A stretch of 64,000 nucleotides of DNA from Rhizophagus irregularis. Lineage: Eukaryota. The number at the start of each line of letters is the position of its first letter. The stretch's first letter is position 1. The notes under the pieces were generated by a model. The model worked only from the letters and a program-made list of their open reading frames with translations. It ran no database searches and was not told where the DNA came from. Of this stretch, positions 12,601-25,438 are shown piece by piece. The position numbers were made by a program, and so were the translations under genes. Location: positions 1,302,001-1,366,000 of the forward strand of contig NC_089436.1 of NCBI RefSeq assembly GCF_026210795.1. The letters run 5' to 3'.

Positions 12601-13978
12601 ATATGATACATTTTCGGAATTAACATGTAATAAAAAAAACACGGAATAAAATTTTTTATTTCAAAAAAGAAATTATGAAAAATAGATATGATGATATGTA
12701 ACACAATAAAATACAAAAAAAAAGGAGTCAAAAATAGGAAAAAGCGACGTCAGCGGATGGTAGACAAAATCGTCTAAGCAGAATGTCCTTCGCTAACATT
12801 TCGGAATCCGGACAATAAAATAGTTTGACGTCGCTTATTTAAAGGCAAATTTTTTTGTGATTGGACTATAAGGCAAACTCACGTTTATGGCCAATTTTAT
12901 TAGGATCAGGTGTAACACGTTGATTATAGATAATCATGTGATTATAATGCTTCGGATTTCGTGAATAAGCAATAAGAAATTGCTTATTAATAGCTGTTAA
13001 GCGCATGCACATCAAATAACCCCTGAAGCTTGTACTAGTTAACCTGCAGAATGTTAAGATTAGTTAGTAGCTGTAAGCAACTGGATTATATAATATATAA
13101 ATATAATTTTTTTTTTTGTTAGTAATGTTAGTAACGCGCATTCTTTTATTTATCTCAATGTAAACAGGTTCATATTATAAATTAAAAGGAATACATAGTA
13201 TAAATATATCTACTAACTCCATATTATTTATGGAAGTACTAATAAAAATTAATACTTAAACTATACTAATACTAAACTAATATACTATGCTAAAACTATA
13301 ACTACTAACAATAATTTTATGACATTTTTGTTTGATTTTATATATTATACTGTGTTTTTAATTTTAATAATTTTCTAATCCAAATAATTCCAAAATAAAC
13401 AACCCGTCTCGGTATGGACTATATTTGATGGCCTCGCGTAGATTTGGTATGGATGCCTCTGTTGACATTCGGGTTAAAAATACCGTCTATTTATGTCTCC
13501 CCTCGTAAAAAGTGTTGAAACGAGAATATATTTCACTATTATTCATTAGTAAACAACTATCTTAAAACTTAGGAAGCGCCTTGAAAATGTCATTAATAAC
13601 TCGTGCACATTCAACACCCGCCCTTAAAAAATTTTGTAAAGATAAATAATATAATTTAAGTAGATTTTTTATTTACACATATTCTTACGCATTAATGTAG
13701 CGTGTAGTTATTTGCAAAAACCATATTCTAAACAACTTATTTGCATATTAATCTTATAGTAAACGTGTCGGTGTCCATTAGTACTAAAGTTTTAGTACGA
13801 ATATGATCAAAATAAGTTTAAATGATAGCATACAAAATAACTTTTTAACATCATATTTATTAAATTACGCGCATGATTATCTCATCATCTTGTTATTATT
13901 ATTTTTAAATAACATACTAAATATACAATAAGAGCACCTATTAACTATAACTTTGATAGAATACTATAAATATATAAA

Positions 13979-14316
13979 GAAAAAATGTATTTGTAACAGC
14001 CTGTTACATATTTTATTTGTAACATCCTTTTTTTATTTTTTTTTAATAATAAATTTAATATGTGTTTCACAAATAAAATTTTTATATGCAAAATTTAATT
14101 TGGAAAACTTTTACTTAATGTACTTAAGACAGTTTCATAGACAAAATTTTAAGTTATAAGCAGTTTCTTGAAATTTTTTAAAAAATTCTTTTGTCTTAGT
14201 TACACGACTGATCTTTTGTTTTTGTTTACAATTACACCTGATCTTAAATTTTAATTGGATAAAATTGGGTTGTTACAAATAAGACGCGTAACAGGTTGTT
14301 ACAATTAGATTTATCC
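13979..14316. mobile_element. Mutator (MULE)-like MITE, 338 bp
   Basis: ~50-bp imperfect TIRs (TTGTAACAGCCTGTTAC / GTAACAGGTTGTTACAA), 9-bp TSD ATATATAAA (13970-13978, 14317-14325); the empty site is visible in the paralogous flank at ~427-435. Confidence 0.85.
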
Positions 14317-15050
14317 ATATATAAAAACGTTAACCATAACTATTTAAAGTAGCAAGATTAGCAAAGATTATCGAAACATTAATCTATTTTTATTAAAGCA
14401 ATAAAGCAAGATAGTGCATTCAATATAACAATAGGTTTAAAATACCATTGTTTTTGTTTGAGATAAATAATTTTTGACAGATTAACTTTGTGTTAATATT
14501 CCCACTCCTATAACAGCCAATGAGCCCGTTTTAGCATAAAAAACTTTTTGTAGGACACGTATTTTACATTTTCATATTTAAAATTTTGACATATATAGGA
14601 CACAAGAATATTTATTTCACACAACTGTTATTCGCGGAAACTTTTCAAACAATTCGGTTTAGAGAATGTATTGTTATTTTATTTAACGTGAATAAAAATT
14701 GTCAAATTAATCTTAATTGTTGGTTGTGTTAAAAATCTTAAAAAAATGGTGAGAAATTACATAGTTAATTACATAACAACACTCGATATAAATAAACATT
14801 TGCTATAAATGTTGAAATTACGATTTAAGTTTGTGTGTGATTCTTCATGAACGATGATGAAAAGAATAAAACGAATTTTGGGAAAGGAATTTATAGTGTA
14901 ACGAATCGGCGTAAAACCGAATTAGGATGTCAATCTAAGCCAATTTTTTTCTTACCCGCGATTTTACTAACGATTTTAGTATTTCCATTTATGCAAAAAA
15001 AAATAAACGATAATAGCGATTCATGTTGCGATATACAATATGTTCCTTTT

Positions 15051-16411
15051 TTATATTTTTTCGTAAAGAAATGGTTCCGAAAAATTTAATGGTCGACTGT
15101 AATAGATGGCTCTCTCATGACACGGTAAAATGCTAAAATGTAACTGTTCTAAATTTGAGAATTTAATTTTTTCAGCAATGTCAAATTGATTAGATAAATC
15201 CGACGGATCAGGATCGTCGCATATTGCTGTGACCCAATTTCCTAAACGTTCGTAAAGTTGAGATGCTGTTGGTCTATTGAACGGATCAGCATCTAAACAT
15301 TGTAACATTAATCTAGCGAAAACAGGTGGAGTTCCACTGACTATACTCGGTCTGGTTCCTGAGCAAATCTCTTGTATAAGTTGTGAATCATGAGGTCTAT
15401 TACAATAAGGGCGTACACCAGCTGATAACATCCACATGATCATGCCGAAGCTATATATGTCAGACTCTTTGGTTAATGTGTATCCATTAAAGATTTCGGG
15501 AGCAATGAAAGGTATTACGCCGTAAATTTGTTTAGAAGATATTTGTTTATCAACAGGACCGTGTAATCCTGTGTCTGTAATTTTAGTATCTATCGAATAC
15601 ATTTCATTCTCAACCAGTACGTTCCCTCCATGTAAATGCCCGTGGATGAGACCACGTTCATGAATAAAATTAAGACCAGCTGATATAGCCCATAAAATAT
15701 CTACAATATCTCTCCAGCAAAGGATTCCCATGGATTCGTCAAGATACGAATATAAATTTCCTTTTTCATAATATCTCATAACGAACATGTAACACGATGT
15801 CAGATCTTTAGTAATACCGAAATAATCTGCAAGTGAACCGCTTTGCAAACACTTACAATATCTGTATAACTTTTTTGATTAAAAAAATATTTAGCCCAAT
15901 AAAACTAATAAACTTTAATTTAAATTTTCAGCCATTTGGCGTTTTTTATTTACATACTTACTTGATTTACGAAATCTTGATTTATGTTCTGGGAATTATC
16001 CAATCGTTTTAATATGACCTTAATTGGACCATTACTAGTCCATACTTTAGCTTCTTCGTCCAAATTCCAAGTAGGTCCTTCCATCCATATTGCAGAATAA
16101 ATCGAACTAAAAGCGCCTCGTTTATTAGTATTCTCAATCAGATCGAATTGATCAAATTCAATCCATTCAAGGTAGTCTGTGCTGTCGTTTGCTTTTAATT
16201 GAGTATATTGGATGAATTCATCTATCATAGAGTTTCCACTGGTCCAACTATGAAATTTTTCTTTCAAATTTGCAATATCACAATTTTTGCACCAAGAAGC
16301 AGAAGTTCGCTGCCTTTTACAATCCGAACAACTTCCGTATGATAGAGCTTTATTATTTGCACTATTTATAGCAGAATCCCGAGACCCAGAGGTCGAGTCA
16401 AACAAACGCAC
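15051..16411 (-). CDS. K2: TKL-family predicted pseudokinase, 2 exons (16411-15962, 15869-15051), ~422 aa from GTG
   Basis: Same gene structure with a 92-nt intron; HGHLHGGN, DTG, APE; GTG where K1 and K4 have ATG. Confidence 0.8.
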
Positions 16412-17099
16412 GACCTCCAGCTTTGTTTTTTTCTTTTATTTTCTTTTTTCGGTAAAAATTGCTCTTACAGATATTTTTTTTTTCTTCGAAAAAAAAAAAT
16501 ATAAAAGAAGGCTCTAAAAGCCCAACATCCTCAATCGTATAGAATTTATACGTAAAACAAATAATCAAAAATCATTCCTTGGACTAACAATGAGTATCTA
16601 TTCTCTATTGTTCAAGCCGGATTAAGTAAAATTCGGATCAAACAAAAATTTTAATGGTTGGACACATTATTAACAAGATTTACCTTTTACATGTACGTAT
16701 GTGCCGAAATTTCTGTGAACGGGATTATCTTAGTACATAATGTAGACATGCGGAATTACGTAATTACCTCTGAAAATATTTTACATTAAACTACATTAAC
16801 TACATTAACTTTGAAAAAACTATCTTTAGGAATAATGCCCGTGAAACCATGTGGAATAATAGATTTTTTTTAACATCAAGAATGCCACGAACTGCACGAA
16901 GTAATCGCATTTTTATCGCATTTTTACATGTGAATATTGAATGAACAAGGTTGTTTTTTAAACAATACGCAAATAATATTTATTTTTAATGTACGATAAT
17001 ATTAAAGTAGTTAAATGAAGAATTAAATTTATATGAATTATTTCAAATTTAGTAATGATATAGGTTTAATCAGTAATTTTTACATTTGTATTATTACAT

Positions 17100-17284
17100 A
17101 TTATAGAATTTCCGCTAGTCCAGCTACAAAAATTTTCTTTAAAAATTGCTATATCGCAATTTTTACACCATGCTACTGCGGTTCGTTTTTGTTTACATTC
17201 TGAACAATTACCATAAGATTGAGATTCATCTTGAGACCCAGAAGGGTTCAGTGAACGAAACGAAGATTCGGGATTATAATCCAT
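17100..17284 (-). pseudogene. 5' fragment (~61 codons) of a K5-type gene with its upstream region (to ~17620)
   Basis: MDYNPESSFRSL...WTSGNSII is almost identical to 47956-48140, then homology ends abruptly; 17290-17620 is the reverse complement of ~47580-47890. Confidence 0.85.
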
Positions 17285-19502
17285 TTAAAAAACCATTTCT
17301 TGGCGATCACATTACGTAATTTGCTTAATAATAGGGTAAAAACAAATCCCTTTAATTTATTTAGGGGGGGGGGAGCCGGAAAAATCATCCGATCAACAAG
17401 CAAATATACAGGTTTTTAAAAAAAGGGTGAGAAACCAAGGAGTAATGCAAAATAATAAATAATTTGTTGCACATGATAAAGAATAGTTGCCAATTTGTTT
17501 CTAAAAAAAAATCAATATGTAAATAAAATTTCAAACGAATATTAAATAATATTTGCGTCAAAGTATCGTTTTAAAAAATAGGAAACGAAAATTGTGTCGG
17601 CTTATATACAGTATATAAATCAATTTTAATGTTACATATAAGTAGTATTCGATAAAAGTAATAATAACGATAAGTGAAAAATAATTTTCCATACAAACAT
17701 GAATGACGAGAAAACGCAAATTAATTTAAATATAAACAAGTATATTATAAATATTAAAGGAAAGTTTAGCGTTAATTGTGAACAAAATAATTGTACATTA
17801 AAATCTCTACAATATCCCTTCAGAAAAGTATTCCCATAAATTCGTCAAGATACGAATAATCATACTTATTTTATGTTTTAAAATTAAAAAATCTATGTAA
17901 AAAATAAATTCTAATCTACTGCGGAGTAAAACACGATTGGTCGGCTCAAATTTTCTAAAAATTTGTACTTACCAAATTATTTTTGAAAAACGAGTGTTTA
18001 AATAAAAAAATTTGCTTCATACATAATTATAATTTAAGAGAATTCTGATAAATCAACAAGTAGTAAAAGGATTATTATGTAACTAACATTATTAATATTA
18101 TTAATATCGGGCTTAACAATTAATAATTGATGCCGTAATTTGTTATATAACAATAAATTTGTTGGTATATGGAAGGTAAAATTTTGATTCGTTATAATTT
18201 TTCCTTTTACAGAATTTTACTGCCATGCACAGAATTGCAATCATTGCTTTAAATTAATTATAATAGATTTATTTTATTTAGTAGTTAAAAAGTTAGAAAT
18301 AACATTTTAGGTAAAAGCTCATTCTTATATCGCAGTAATATTAGTTTTCATTTACATTTATGTAAGACTTATTTTAACTTATGAAGTTTAAACTAAAAGT
18401 AATTTGACATTGAAATCATTGAAATCAATTAGTTTTCCGTAAAGAATATGAAAAAATCGAGATCGTATTTAATGATCGGCCGAAATCTGGATCTTTGAAA
18501 TACGTGTCATATTTTTAGTAATTTTTTTTATAGATAATTCTTTGGCTTCCCATTAAAAAGAATCATAATTAATAATTAATTCACTTTTTTAAACCGCATG
18601 TATAGGAATTGCCCCGATAGTAATAAAACAATGAATTTTAGAATCATTGAAGAAAGATTGTGTACCTCCCCTGAGCCAGGGGTAAATCAAATTTAACAAA
18701 TAATTTTAGGTTATTTATCTAAATTTAGTTATATTAAACTTATACCTATTTTTCTTAACTGTTCATGATAAATTTTTTAGGGATGAAATTTCTCTAATAG
18801 TTTATTTGAATCATATTATTTATTATAAGATACAAATATACCCCCCAAAATCGTAAAGTTTATAGTAAAAAAAAATAATTAAAAATTAAAAATAAAATCC
18901 TGTAAACAAATAATAAAATAGAATTATTAAAAAAAAATAAATAATTTTATTACTATTTTTATTTATTTTTTAAAAACATTTTAATTTTAAATCATATGAA
19001 AATATTATTGATTTTTTAATGCTAAGATAAATTTTCTTAAAATTAAAAAAAATTGCTATTTTGAATGAGAAATTAAATTATTTATAATTGAGGATATTAA
19101 TTATTTTTATATATTAAGAAAGAAAATATTCTTTTTTTTATCATAATGAATCTTACAGTTTGTTATTTAGGTTTTCATTTTATTACTATTTCAAGATTAA
19201 TAAAATTTTTTTATCTTTTAAATATTTTAAATTGCAGTTTCAGTTTATTTAAAATATAAAAAAGAACTAACGATAAGGTGACTATAAATTTGGCTATATA
19301 CATACTGTTTATAAAATAATATTAAAAATAAAATGAGTAATCATTACATAATTTCTAAACTTACCATTCGGCATTAAAAAAAGCATAAGTACAGCGACGC
19401 TTATCTCATCGTAATTGATTACGATGAAAAAAAAAAAAGATTTTTTTTTAGTAAATTATTTTAAGATACATAAAAATTAGACAACTATAATTAAAAAAAA
19501 AT

Positions 19503-20888
19503 CTAGATATCAACTAAATCGACTTGCCTTTCTTCTTCATTTTCATTTCTCCCTATATTACCATTTTTAATTTCCACATAGAAATTATTCATATCCTTTA
19601 ATAAACAAAATTCTTCCAATTTCATAACATGTAGACACCAGAGAAATTTTCTTTGATGACAAAAAGTATATTGAAACAATACATTTCTTTACTTTTAGAA
19701 TAAAATGATGTCCAATAATCTGCTAGTAAAGTGATTGGCAACAAATTATAATAAGCTGAGTTCTTCTTTGGGTCTTATTCCTGTTGCATCAAATAAAAAA
19801 AACTTGTTCTCTTTGCTGGAGAATGTATACTATCTGATCCTGTAAGTATTAACATATTATTTTATTATACGAACAAATATGATGTTTGCCAGTTAAAATG
19901 TATATCCATTGATTACTACTTCGAGTCCATCAACTCCCTATTATAAAGAATATCATATTTTTAAATTAATAAAATTACTACAATTATTACACAAATCCAG
20001 ATTCTAATTAAATAACGAGTATCATATCTCGAAGTTTCTCTCTTGAAGGATGATCTCCAACTTGTCCCCATTCAGTACTGTTACTCCATGGAATATGATT
20101 TACAGATACCAAACCACCTAATTTATGAACATGATTTATTATTTCTTCTAACCTTTCATCTGAAGGAAAATCTGGAGAAACATCTACCGTTCATTTATAC
20201 CAATAAACTGCATATGGAGCTGACAGGAACTATTCTAATAAAAAAAAGGTTAATGTTATTAATAATTAGTTAAACGAATTTATTTTAATATAATTAAGAA
20301 TTAAATTTATTTTTTTTGGGGGCTTCTGAAACACCTTCAATATTATTGTGATCACTTACAATTATAGCATTATATCCATTAGCTATTTATTAATTATCGA
20401 AATAGAAAATATTTTGTAATTTTTTTAAATTTTTAAAAGAAAGAAATCCATTAAATAAATATATTTTTACCTATTGCCCATTTTAATAATTGCTCGGGGT
20501 TCATTCGACCATCAGAAAATTTTGTATGTAAGTGACCATCTAATAATACATTGAATTCACCAAAATCATTATCTATTGGAGTCATATAAGATCTAGGATC
20601 AAATTTAATCATTTGAATCGGGTATAGCTTTATATTTAAAAATAGTCAAAAAAGGGAAAAGAAATACAAGGATAAAGATAAACTGTAAAAAAACGTAATA
20701 GTACATCACGTAAATATAATCGAAATTTCTAACGGTATCTTTATTTCACTTAAAACTGGTCCAGTACCATGATGACGCTGGTTTTGTGGTAGAAGTGGAG
20801 TTTCAGGACTTATATCAATTTCTGATGAATTCAATGTATTATGATTTTGTGTAGGACGAGAAAGAAGTGCGTATTTCTCTTGGTTCAT
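19503..20888 (-). pseudogene. Multi-exon PHP-domain (polymerase/histidinol phosphatase-like) phosphoesterase pseudogene
   Basis: Manual translation gives the ordered PHP motifs LLDGHLHTKFSDG..PEQLL, GYNAIIVSDHN, HMQFIG, GGLVSVNHIPW, GVDGLE, TGSD-x-HSP, with stops and frameshifts; hydrophobic segment near the N-terminus. Confidence 0.8.
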
Positions 20889-21124
20889 TTTATATTTGAG
20901 AGAAAAGAAAATATATATATATATATATATATAAATAATAAGTAAAACTTCAACTTTAATAAATGACAAAGAGAAGCATGGTTCTATACTCAAGTTGGTA
21001 AAGTTTTCAGTTACAAATTACTTCAATTAATAATGTTTACCTGTTACAGACGATCAGCACTATACTTGTACGAAAATTGTAACCATTATCGTAGTTTTTA
21101 GTGAACGCAAGTTGCAACGGAGTA

Positions 21125-21467
21125 CAGTCTACTCGCTTTATAACGAAGTGAGTGGTTTAGCAAATCAGGCCTTCGTTATAAGAAAATTCGTTAACATGAT
21201 ATAAAAATCTGGTATAACTCAGGAAAATTTTGTATATTGCGGTAAATTGTATAATACTTGTATTATGGATAACGCATGTCACACAAAATATCTTCGTTAT
21301 ATTAAATTATATACTGGTTATAGACTTCGTTAATCGGTATACAGCATTTTACTAATAATCTTCGGTATAACATGATTTTTTTATATGATAAAATTGGTAC
21401 AACACCGAAGGTTCGCTATATTAAGAAATTCGTTAAATCAAAATTCGTTGTAAAGCGAGTTGGACTG
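21125..21467. mobile_element. Tc1/mariner-pogo type MITE, 343 bp
   Basis: TIRs CAGTCTACTCGCTTTATAACGAA / TTCGTTGTAAAGCGAGTTGGACTG, flanked by TA on both sides; internal TTCGTTA repeats. Confidence 0.85.
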
Positions 21468-21649
21468 TATACACGTGCTTCGGATACTGTAAATTACAGC
21501 GTGAAAAATCTATTCTAATTTTACTGGATTTTCTGGTAAATTTCTAATAAATCCGGTATTAATAAATAACGTAATTTTTCTCCGGTATAACATTACGTGA
21601 CGAATAACAGCCGCCTAATTTTAAATAAACACTAATGGTTGAGAATTTT

Positions 21650-22810
21650 TATTTTGGTTATAAAAATTTTGTCAATAATTTCTTTGCAGATTGTTTTGAC
21701 ATAACTAAAGATTCGACATCATGTTGCATGTTCATTATAAGTTATGAAATAAGAATTTATCTTGGGAGTCCCTTATTGTAGATATCATACATTAATTGTT
21801 CAACTATAAAAACTATTGAGCTTGGAAATTTAATTTGAGTTTAATCTGGTTCATAATAAATTCAAAAGTACCATTGATGCATACTGTAAATGGTAATGAA
21901 TTTGTTTTTGGAAGTTTCAGTTAGAGTTGGTGTAACGGAAAACATTTCATGCAACAATTACAAATTCAAATATAATTCTTAATATCTTTGATATCTCATT
22001 TCTTCTTAGTGAGATAGAAGTTCCTATTGGAATTCTCATATATTTATATTTCCATCAATACGGTCAGTCCGTCAGTGAAATGATATCGAGATAGTACTAA
22101 ATCAAAAATATCTAAAGAAATTAAAATAAATAAGATAATCCGTTACGTTTTCGTATATTTATTAATAATACGAGTTATCACTTATCAATTTATCGAGCCA
22201 TAACAACCCTCAGTTCCAATAAAGACAAGATAAATTTTAGCACAAGATTCTTTTGCAAGTAAATATTTATGAATGAATTTTCGTCAGATTATTCGTTCGG
22301 CAATTATTATGACTTTTGCCGGAATTATATGCAAAAGGGTAATAAAGTAATACAGCAATAACCTATATAGTCACATTAGTAAACAGGAGGATTACGTTAA
22401 AAAGTAATTAACCGTAATTAATTTATAATAAATAATAACTTTATCTTATTGTAAGTAGAAATGAGAAGACCTTTACAATCGGATGATTCCGGATAATTCG
22501 GAGGCGTTCATAATGCATACGGCACTTAAATGATCAGAATGTCGATCACTAAGTGAGTCAAATCCGAGTTTGCGTAGAATTACGTAGTAATTTTGGCCCT
22601 GAAAAGATACGTAGTGCAAAGGGCAGCGTCATATATTAGCTAATATTAGTTTCATACCCCCACCCAAGTAAGATCTTTTTTTTAACCAATAATATCCAAT
22701 TATAAATATAATTTTAACCAATAAAAATGTTTAATTTTGTGTTTCGTAAGATTTTGCTTAACCCCCCAAAATATTAGCTAATATATATTATAGTATATGC
22801 GTGCCGATCT
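21650..22810. repeat. Inverted copy of the K-gene far-upstream region
   Basis: Reverse complement of ~37975-38800 and 3955-4990, e.g. GATAGTACTAAATCAAAAATATCTAAA vs 4861-4887. Confidence 0.8.
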
Positions 22811-22984
22811 CTACAGATCCGGAGTACACCAATTACAATTTAATTACTATCTGGGCATAATTTAAAATTTATTCTTAGATATAAAAGGCTATATCCGGAC
22901 TTATGAATATAATCAATTTCGTGATTGGCTTGCGGTCTGTTGCGGAAACCTCAAAATTCGTTAATTAATGTTATATGTACTTAC

Positions 22985-23415
22985 TTGATTTATAAATTTA
23001 AGGCTCATAAACGTTTCAATATAACCTTAATTGGGCCATAACGATTCCATGTTTCGGCTTCTTCATCTAAATTCCACCTTGGACCTTCCATCCAAACGGC
23101 CGAATAAATTGAACTGAAGGCACCTCGTTTATTAATATTCTCAACTAAATCAAATTGATCAAATTCAATCCATTCGAGATAGTTCGTCTTTTCATTAGCA
23201 TTTAATTGAGTATCCCTTATAAATTCATCAATTATAGAATTTCCGCTGGTCCAGCTACAAAGATTTTCTTTAAAAATTGCTATATCGCAATTTTTACATC
23301 ATGCTACTGCAGTTCGTTTTTGTTTACATTCTGAACAATTACCATAAGATTGAGATTCATCTTGAGACCCAGAAGGGCTCAGTGAACGAGACGAAAATTC
23401 AGGATTATAATCCAG
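22985..23415 (-). pseudogene. K5-type exon 1 pseudogene (exon 2 absent)
   Basis: ATG>CTG (23413-23415), Trp>TGA (23299-23301), 16-nt deletion near the exon end; the intron is cut at ~22810. Confidence 0.9.
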
Positions 23416-24337
23416 TTTTTTAACTTGATTTTTTTTGCGTAAGCCTTTAATTTATTTTTTTAAGAATCATTTTTTTTTAAAAAAAGAGTCTCTTTATAGT
23501 AAATAAAAACCATTTCTTGGTTGAACACAATTATATAATTGATTAGTAATATAAATCGAAAGGAAAGTAAGGTCTCCTATAAGTGATTGGTAAATAATTT
23601 TTTTTTAAATAAACTGTATCTGCTCTTTAAAATACCTTAAAAGTTACAAAATTTTTATCACTAATTTTATTACAAAAATAAAAAATGCGTATATTTCTGG
23701 CTGTTGTTACTAAATAAAAAAAGGGGAAATTAAGAGATAAAAAAAATAATTTTTGCTGTACGCAGTTTGATATGTTGTATATGAGACTTCAGTTCAATCT
23801 CATGACTCTTAACATGTGTAACCTTGCCCCTTGTAAATTGATGTCATTTGAATATCTTTATTAAATTTGCATGAATTAAGTTAATACAAAGTTCAAAAAA
23901 AAGCAAATAAGGATTCGCCAAAATCTAATACTGTAATATAAAATAATAGATTTAACTTTTAATGTAATAAATTTTGTATAAATACAGTATGTTAAAGCTT
24001 AATTGATTTTTATGTTAAAATCTTATAAATCCATAATTAATTACATATAAACGACACTCTAAATAACAATATTACGATAAAACTAAGTTTGTGATTCCTC
24101 ATATATATGACGAAACGAAAAAACGAAATTAGAAAGTTATAATAACCGGTGTTAAAATGAATTAAAAGAATTAGGAACATTTTTTAATCTAGGCCAATTT
24201 TTCTTACCATAATTTACCGATGGTTTTAGTAAAGCAAATAATTTGTATTGCAATAAAGATCATGACATTTATTACGTAATTTTTTAGGGGTGGATAGCAT
24301 ATTTCTAAGTAAATATACAAGTATAATAAAATTTAAA

Positions 24338-25135
24338 TTAATGAGTGGTTTCGAAATTATTTTGCTGAAGTGCAAAAGTATTGAAATCGTCTTGTTGTGA
24401 ATGAATGACATTATCTTTCAACCCAATTGTATCTTGGTGAGTATGATCTTTGCTTGAACAATTACTATCATTGTAATCTTACATGTCTGCTACTGAAACG
24501 AGTTGTGTTATCATTTCATGATCCACAACGCCATTATAAAATGAATTTGTATTTCTATTACAATGCATTCGATGGAAGAGTTTTAGTTTCAAGCTTTGTT
24601 CAAGATTGAACTTTTGATTTAATGATAATAATTCGACATCAAAATTCATTCCACAAATTTCATCATTTAAAATATTTTCTACTAAACAGTTTGGAAGTGA
24701 TTTGCAAGTAACATGATATCTTGTGGAAGGATAGTTTGGATGTTTATAAAAGAACTCGTGACTGTAACGATCATGATTGTTAAAAGAAGAATCTTCTTGT
24801 AAAATAATTTTACAAGTTACGAGATAAAAAATATTAACATAGAAATGATAAAATTTTAAATAACTCATAACTGGCAAAGTCTGTTGATATTGCATAGTAA
24901 CTTGATTTGTTGCATTATAAGTATTACATGATGAATCAGAAATATTCATCACATTTCCTAACGAAGATACTTGATGTTGCGTAATTGGTTGAGCTGCGGC
25001 AATATCGATAGAAAAATCAAGTGATTCGTTAGTTGTCATATTGAAAGAGTTGTAAGAATGGGTTGAGGTAGGTTGAGAATAATTCATGGTAAATAGTTGT
25101 CTATCATAACATAAATTATTATCCATATTATCCAT
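24338..25135 (-). CDS. U2: U-family protein, 218 aa to a premature TAA (24479-24481); the frame continues 46 codons to TAA at 24338
   Basis: Core conserved; TAA replaces the CAA (Gln) of the paralogs and the downstream frame matches the paralog C-termini. May be a young pseudogene. Confidence 0.7.
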
Positions 25136-25438
25136 ATTGTACTTAGATGGAAGCAATTTTTAAGAAACATCAGAGTTTATATAAAAAAAATTCTGTAAAC
25201 AAAGGTATTACGTTTCAGTGAAAGTAAAAAAAAGTAAAAAACTGAATTTTGTTGTACAATGCACATCAGATAAACAAAAAAATGGCGTGCATATCTCAAT
25301 ACGGCTCGGAGATAAATCGATAAGCTTATAAATTTTGTCTTTTACATAATAAGCACGAAAAGGCTATGATTTGCTTTATTTACTTACTGATTTATTTATT
25401 TATTTACCCAACATTTGGCAACTTAGCTGAGTTCAAAT

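Noticed and set aside
12742..12836. 11-bp inverted repeat AAGCGACGTCA / TGACGTCGCTT
   Set aside because: Short and single, with no TSD or second copy in the window.
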